DNA from: Candidatus Udaeobacter sp.
Lineage (GTDB): Bacteria; Patescibacteriota; Patescibacteriia; Magasanikbacterales; GWA2-37-8
Assembly: GCA_035473115.1 (NCBI GenBank)
Contig: DATION010000005.1
Span: 4,399-68,398 of the forward strand
Reading direction: 5' to 3'
DNA length: 64,000 nt
Both the position numbers and the translations under genes were made by a program. The notes beneath the pieces are model-generated. The model saw nothing but the letters and a program-made list of their open reading frames with translations. It was not told the DNA's origin and ran no database searches. Below, piece by piece: positions 59,172 to 64,000 of the stretch; position 1 is the first letter of the stretch, and each line of letters starts with the position of its first letter.

Positions 59172-60371
59172 ATGAAAAAGATCGGCATTGATATTCGTTG
59201 CTTAATGTCTCCGCTGCGCGCCGGCGTGGGTGAATATACCCACGAACTGCTGAGCGCTATTTTTAAGCTTGATAAAGAAAACCAGTATTGGCTTTTTTAT
59301 AATTCCCATACAGATGTCTTTGCCCATATTCCACTTTGGTCAGGAAGCAATATTCATTATGTAGCCACCAAATGGCCGAACAAACTATTTAACGCTTTTA
59401 TAAAAATATTTGGCTGGCCAAAACTGGATAAATTAATTTCCCGCAACGGCAAGCTGGATTATTTTTTTTCACCCAACTTTAATTTTACGGCCTTATCCAA
59501 AGATACAAAAAATATTTTAACTGTCCATGATTTATCATTTAAATTTTTTCCACAATTTTTCTCCTTAAAACAAAAATTATGGCACTGGGCAATAAACCCA
59601 AAAAAACAGTGTCAACAAGCCAGTTTTATAATTACTCCTTCGGAAAATACCAAACGGGATATTGTGGATTATTATAAAATCCCAGCAGAAAAAATAAAAG
59701 TTGCGGGCGGCGGTTTATCGGGAATTTTCGTCTGTCATTCTGAGCGTAGCGAAGAATCCCTTAAACCAAGCCAAAGGGATCCTTCGGTCGCTTCACTCTC
59801 TCAGGATGACATACGAAAAAAATATAATTTACCAAATAAATTTATTCTCTGTTTGGGAGCGGTTGAATCGCGAAAAAATATCATTGGCTTAATTGAAGCT
59901 TTTGAAAAATTTTCCAAAACTACAACGGGCTATTCTTTGGTAATTGCCGGCAGTGGCCGAGGCTGGAAAAATAAAAAAATATACGCTCGAGCTTTGGCTT
60001 CACCGCTGCGCAATAATATCGAATTTATCGGTTATGTGGATGCGCAAGATAAGCCAACTCTATACTCTATGTCTGAACTGTTTGTTTATCCAAGTTTTTA
60101 TGAAGGATTTGGTTTTCCGGTTTTGGAGGCCATGGCCTGCGGTGTGCCGGTAATAACTTCTAACCGATCTTCTTTGCCGGAAATTACCGAAGGCGCAGCC
60201 TATTTAATTAACCCCAACCGCCCAGCTGAAATCGCTGCAGCAATTACAAAACTGATTTCTGACACAAAGCTACGAGAATATTTTATAAAAAAAGGACTAG
60301 AGCAGGTTAAGAAATTTAGTTGGCAAGCCGCAGCTCAAAAATGGCTAGATATTTTAAATAAATCAACTTAA
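59172..60371 (+). CDS. Glycosyltransferase family 4 carrying an in-frame palindromic-element insertion
   Basis: EGFGFPVLEAMACGVPVITS. An extra ~27 aa (VCHSERSEESLKPSQRDPSVASL) sits between the two Rossmann halves and is encoded by repeat copy 4. Confidence 0.8.
   Translation: MKKIGIDIRCLMSPLRAGVGEYTHELLSAIFKLDKENQYWLFYNSHTDVFAHIPLWSGSNIHYVATKWPNKLFNAFIKIFGWPKLDKLISRNGKLDYFFSPNFNFTALSKDTKNILTVHDLSFKFFPQFFSLKQKLWHWAINPKKQCQQASFIITPSENTKRDIVDYYKIPAEKIKVAGGGLSGIFVCHSERSEESLKPSQRDPSVASLSQDDIRKKYNLPNKFILCLGAVESRKNIIGLIEAFEKFSKTTTGYSLVIAGSGRGWKNKKIYARALASPLRNNIEFIGYVDAQDKPTLYSMSELFVYPSFYEGFGFPVLEAMACGVPVITSNRSSLPEITEGAAYLINPNRPAEIAAAITKLISDTKLREYFIKKGLEQVKKFSWQAAAQKWLDILNKST
59733..59811 (+). repeat. 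Palindromic repeat family 1, copy 4, inserted in-frame inside the GT4 coding sequence
   Basis: TGTCATTCTGAG...GAAGAATCCCTT...AAGGGATCCTTC...CTCAGGATGACA. Its terminal stems show compensatory changes relative to copies 1-3 (CCGA/TCGG becomes CTGA/TCAG). Confidence 0.8.
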
Positions 60372-60377
60372 AATTTT

Positions 60378-61490
60378 ATGCCAAAAATCCTCATTCTTCA
60401 CGACTATTTCCTCTATAAAGGCGGCGGCGAAAGGCTCGTAATTAGCCTAGCCAAAAACCTTGGCGCAGATATTGCTACGGCTTTTATCGCCAAAGACGCT
60501 TTTGATCCGCGAGAGAGTGATATAAAAACAATTGAGCTATACAAAGAAAAACCTTGGTCGCGCCTACCCGGATTTAGGTATCTGCAAGTACAATTTTCTT
60601 TTTTATTTAAAACCAAATTTGCTCAAAATTACGACACTATAATCTATAGCGGCGATTGCCTCATAGCGCTTTTACGATTACAAAATAAAAAAAATATCGC
60701 CTATATGCATACTCCGCCGCGGCACTTATACGATGCTTATGAAGAACGCTTGAGTTCATACCCGCTCTGGAAAAAAATAATCTTCGTACCGTTTGTTTTA
60801 TTCAATCGCTGGCGTTTTAAATTTTTAGCCACAAAACTAGATACAATTGTTACTAACTCCAAAAATACCCAAGCTAGAATAAAAACATATTTGGGGTTAA
60901 ATTCAGTCGTAGTTTATCCGCCTTGTGATACTTTGCCATTTAAAAATCTTGGCAACGAAGGATACTTCTTTTCTTGGGCGCGGCTGTATCCGATTAAAAG
61001 AGTCGATAAAATTGTCGAAGCGTTTATTGGTTTGCCGGATAAAAAATTAATTATCGCTTCTAGCGGCCCGGATCTGGAAAAAATCAAAAGCCTGGCCGCT
61101 GGCCACCCAAATATTACAATTCTTGGCTGGATAAATGATGAACAATTATTAAATTACCTCGGAAAATGTCTAGCCACCATTTATATCCCAATCCGCGAAG
61201 ATTTTGGCATGAGTGCGGTTGAGTCTATGCAAGCCGGTAAACCGGTAATTGGCGTAGCTGAAGGCGGATTATTAGAAATTATTAATGACAACAAAAACGG
61301 CCTGCTGCTTGAACCAGATTTTGATTTAGCCAACTTACGCGAAACAATTAACCAAATGACTCCGAATTTGGCTAAAACAATGGAAAATAACTGCTATGAA
61401 ACAGCCAAAAAATTTAGCGAACAAACTTTTATTACAGGCATGAAAAATGTCATCTATGCACATAGTCCATTATCCAAAAAAGTGGTATAA
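60378..61490 (+). CDS. Glycosyltransferase family 4
   Basis: EDFGMSAVESMQAGKPVIGV. Confidence 0.8.
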   Translation: MPKILILHDYFLYKGGGERLVISLAKNLGADIATAFIAKDAFDPRESDIKTIELYKEKPWSRLPGFRYLQVQFSFLFKTKFAQNYDTIIYSGDCLIALLRLQNKKNIAYMHTPPRHLYDAYEERLSSYPLWKKIIFVPFVLFNRWRFKFLATKLDTIVTNSKNTQARIKTYLGLNSVVVYPPCDTLPFKNLGNEGYFFSWARLYPIKRVDKIVEAFIGLPDKKLIIASSGPDLEKIKSLAAGHPNITILGWINDEQLLNYLGKCLATIYIPIREDFGMSAVESMQAGKPVIGVAEGGLLEIINDNKNGLLLEPDFDLANLRETINQMTPNLAKTMENNCYETAKKFSEQTFITGMKNVIYAHSPLSKKVV

Positions 61491-61520
61491 TAAGTGTGTA
61501 TTTTTTGATAGTAAATATCA

Positions 61521-64000
61521 ATGCCTAAACGAGCAAAAAAACTAAACTTGCGGCACTGCGCTCTCTGCCAAAAAGTTGGCCATAATAAATCAACTTGCCC
61601 AACTAACAAGCAAACATTCCCAGAACCGGCGCAGCTTTCCATAAGCACAGAAAAAAAGGCATCTCAACCGCTTAAATTTTTTGTGCACCATGTCAACTAC
61701 AATGACCACCAATCCCCTCATCTCATTAATCTCAAAGAACACAAAGATAATTTATATGAAACCATAGAAGCGGTCGCACCCGCAGAAGAAACTGACTCAT
61801 ATCTTTATCAGAACTCATCAGCCAAAAATAAAACCCCAAATCTTGCGCCTTCATTTTCTACAAAAACTAGTTCTGCCAACACTCCGTCTATACCATCTCC
61901 AAAAGAAATAACCTCTGCAAATTTTGCCAAACAAACATCTGCGCCAAAGCTTTATAACTTTAAACAAAACACCAAAACTATCGCCGATAAGCTGCTGGCC
62001 ATTGCCGCTCCCAAACATTTGGTTAGCGCCGCTTTGTTAATTTTATTTGTATTATTTGTCCCAACCAAAGCCCGCACCTATTATTTTGATCTAAAATCCA
62101 CTGCTGACACCGTGGCCAACCACAGCACTGCCGGATTTTCATCTCTGCACGATTCCACCTCGGCGCTAATTAAAGGCGACATTGCTGGCGCTCAAGGATC
62201 CTTAACCAACGCCTTACAAAGCTTTGATCAAGCGGTCACTGTTTTAAACAGCCAGCACCAGCTTTTACAAAAAATCGCCGCCGCAGTGCCAATAATGAAC
62301 AATGAAATTAAAAGCCGAGAAAAATTAATTACCGCCGGCCAAGAAATCTCTTTGGGCAATACTTACCTGCTCAAAGGCTTATCAGAAATTAATACCAACA
62401 GTTCTACTATCACCGAAAACCTGAAATCCCTTGGCAACCACCTGGAATACTCCTTGCCTCACTACCGCACAGCTTTGGCTGATTTACAAAAAGTTGATTC
62501 CGATGTTCTGCCCTTTGAATATCAAAGTACTTTCAAAGAATTCCGCATACTTTTTAACGCTTATGTCGGTGATTTAGAAAATATCGCCAAACTTGATAGC
62601 ACCATCCAAGAAGTATTTGGCGGCCAAGGATTGCGCCGCTATTTATTAATCTTCCAAAACCCGGCTGAACTGCGGCCAACCGGAGGTTTTATGGGCAGTT
62701 TTGCTTTGCTCGATATTAAAGACGGCCAGATAGTAAAAATAGATATTCCAGCCGGAGGAACTTACGATCTGCAAGGACAACTAACCGAATACGTAATTCC
62801 ACCTACTCCTCTTTTGTTGTCCAACAAACGCTGGGAATTCCAAGATGCCAACTGGTTTCCTGATTTTCCAGCCAGTGCCAAAAAAATACTCTGGTTTTAC
62901 CGCCACAGCCGCAACTTAACTGCCGACGGAGTTATTTCGATAAACGCCAATGTACTCAACAGACTTCTCTCCATAATAGGACCAATTGCCGAACAAAATC
63001 ATAATATCGTTATTGATCAAAAAAATGCTTTGGATACAATTCAAAATATTGTCGAATACGGATCAGAAAAAAAAGAAAATAAACCAAAGCAAGTTATCTC
63101 TGACTTAGCGCCAGTGTTTATTGATAATTTCAAACAAATGAAGGCAGGCGCTATTTTGCCGATGCTGACAAACCTGCAGGAAGCTTTACAGCAAAAAGAG
63201 ATCCAATCCTATTTTACCGACGAAAATACCGAAAACACCATCAAAGAATTCGGCTGGAGCGGTGAGATTTTTAAAACCAATCCAGACCAAGATTATTTAC
63301 TCGTTGTAAATACCAATATCCAAGGACAAAAAAGTGATGCCAAAATAAAACAGACAATCAGCCATCAAGCTGTGGTTCAGCCGGACGGCACTATTTTAGA
63401 TAGCGTAGTTATCACCAGAGAACATACTGGCAACCCTGAAGAAAAAATGTATGGCCAAACCAATATAGACTACTTGCGACTTTATGTGCCAGCTGGCAGT
63501 GAACTGGTAAAGGCTAGCGGCTTTATCTGGCCTGATGAACAAAAATTCAAAGCTCCGGAAAACTGGTATAAAAAAGACGCAATGCTTAGCGACACAGAAA
63601 AAGAAACTAGCATTGATAGCCAGTCCGGCACCCGTATTACCGACGAATTTGGTAAAACAGCTTTTGCTAATTGGATAATTACCGAACCTGGCCAGACTAA
63701 TCAAGTCCAATTTATCTACAAACTGCCGTTTAAAGCTTGGGAACAGCCAACTGACGCCAACCTAAGCAGCTGGGCAAAAATTTTCCAATCCGAAATACCA
63801 ACTTCAAAATACCAGCTCGTAGCGCAAAAACAATCCGGTATTACCAGTAATTTTGATAGCCAAATAATTTATCCTGAAGGCTGGTCTCCTATCTGGCAAG
63901 ACGGCAACGGAATAACACTAGCAACAAACGGCGCAGCCATTAACCAAACCGAATTAAATACCGACAATGTCTGGAGTTTAGTAATGAAAAAAAATAGCAA
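61521..64000 (+). CDS. DUF4012-domain membrane protein with an N-terminal CCHC zinc-knuckle-like motif; 3' end outside window
   Basis: Absent from the ORF track because no stop falls in the window. Hand translation from the ATG at 61521 is open to position 64000 (more than 826 aa). Features: C-x2-C-x4-H-x4-C (CALCQKVGHNKSTC), the TM segment LVSAALLILFVLFV, and the DUF4012-like motif LLIFQNPAELRPTGGFMGSFALLDIKDG. Confidence 0.7.
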   Translation, partial: MPKRAKKLNLRHCALCQKVGHNKSTCPTNKQTFPEPAQLSISTEKKASQPLKFFVHHVNYNDHQSPHLINLKEHKDNLYETIEAVAPAEETDSYLYQNSSAKNKTPNLAPSFSTKTSSANTPSIPSPKEITSANFAKQTSAPKLYNFKQNTKTIADKLLAIAAPKHLVSAALLILFVLFVPTKARTYYFDLKSTADTVANHSTAGFSSLHDSTSALIKGDIAGAQGSLTNALQSFDQAVTVLNSQHQLLQKIAAAVPIMNNEIKSREKLITAGQEISLGNTYLLKGLSEINTNSSTITENLKSLGNHLEYSLPHYRTALADLQKVDSDVLPFEYQSTFKEFRILFNAYVGDLENIAKLDSTIQEVFGGQGLRRYLLIFQNPAELRPTGGFMGSFALLDIKDGQIVKIDIPAGGTYDLQGQLTEYVIPPTPLLLSNKRWEFQDANWFPDFPASAKKILWFYRHSRNLTADGVISINANVLNRLLSIIGPIAEQNHNIVIDQKNALDTIQNIVEYGSEKKENKPKQVISDLAPVFIDNFKQMKAGAILPMLTNLQEALQQKEIQSYFTDENTENTIKEFGWSGEIFKTNPDQDYLLVVNTNIQGQKSDAKIKQTISHQAVVQPDGTILDSVVITREHTGNPEEKMYGQTNIDYLRLYVPAGSELVKASGFIWPDEQKFKAPENWYKKDAMLSDTEKETSIDSQSGTRITDEFGKTAFANWIITEPGQTNQVQFIYKLPFKAWEQPTDANLSSWAKIFQSEIPTSKYQLVAQKQSGITSNFDSQIIYPEGWSPIWQDGNGITLATNGAAINQTELNTDNVWSLVMKKNS

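Noticed and set aside
63396-63710. 104-aa minus-strand ORF
   Set aside because: It is antisense to, and entirely inside, the long open DUF4012 reading frame, and shows no features of a real protein.

Overview
This is an AT-rich (roughly 35-40% GC by eye) bacterial chromosome segment with a tight housekeeping gene set and a Candidate Phyla Radiation / Patescibacteria-like character. The character rests on small gene complement, few Shine-Dalgarno sites, a DUF4012 membrane protein, and secE-nusG-rplK ending in a terminator with no rplA.

Genes identified, in order: tsaD (5' partial), dnaE, pheST, rseP, lemA, an M48 htpX-like protease, a nucleoside 2-deoxyribosyltransferase-like plus Nudix pair, a PGM/PMM-family mutase, clpC, radA, recG, a PilB/GspE-type ATPase, ftsH, rpsA, gyrB, secE-nusG-rplK, queA, mltG, a sugar nucleotidyltransferase, a PAP2 phosphatase, rluD, gmk, rplS, uvrA, secG, a family-5 ABC substrate-binding protein, RNase J and a D-2-hydroxyacid dehydrogenase. 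A glycan-synthesis cluster follows (polyprenyl-phosphate sugar transferase, three GT4 glycosyltransferases, DUF4012 protein running off the window end).

RNA genes found by eye: a tRNA-Leu(CAG), a tRNA with a UAU anticodon (tRNA-Ile UAU, unusual for bacteria), and an unannotated RNase P RNA on the minus strand.

Features not explained by standard gene calls:
1. A ~80-115 nt palindromic repeat family (four copies). Inverted copies bracket dnaE and contribute its start and stop codons. One copy is inserted in-frame inside a GT4 glycosyltransferase gene, which resembles Rickettsia palindromic elements. Base-pair covariation between copies supports a conserved stem structure.
2. A second ~85 nt palindromic repeat family (three copies) sitting at terminator positions.
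3. Two paralogous cassettes pairing a DsbA-like thioredoxin with a large Cys-rich secreted protein. Both secreted proteins share a conserved two-transmembrane pilin-like module but have divergent C-terminal domains; one carries an NlpC/P60- or CHAP-like domain.
4. A ~440 bp GC-rich, hairpin-dense noncoding block between rnj and the dehydrogenase, best read as a large structured RNA of unknown class.
5. A repeat-dense leader (five copies of CGAA[A/T]GAATGAG interleaved with three different palindromes) upstream of a membrane-protein gene.
6. Four small genes with atypical GC and codon usage (three of them with strong SD sites), including one next to the tRNA-Ile(UAU). These look horizontally acquired.
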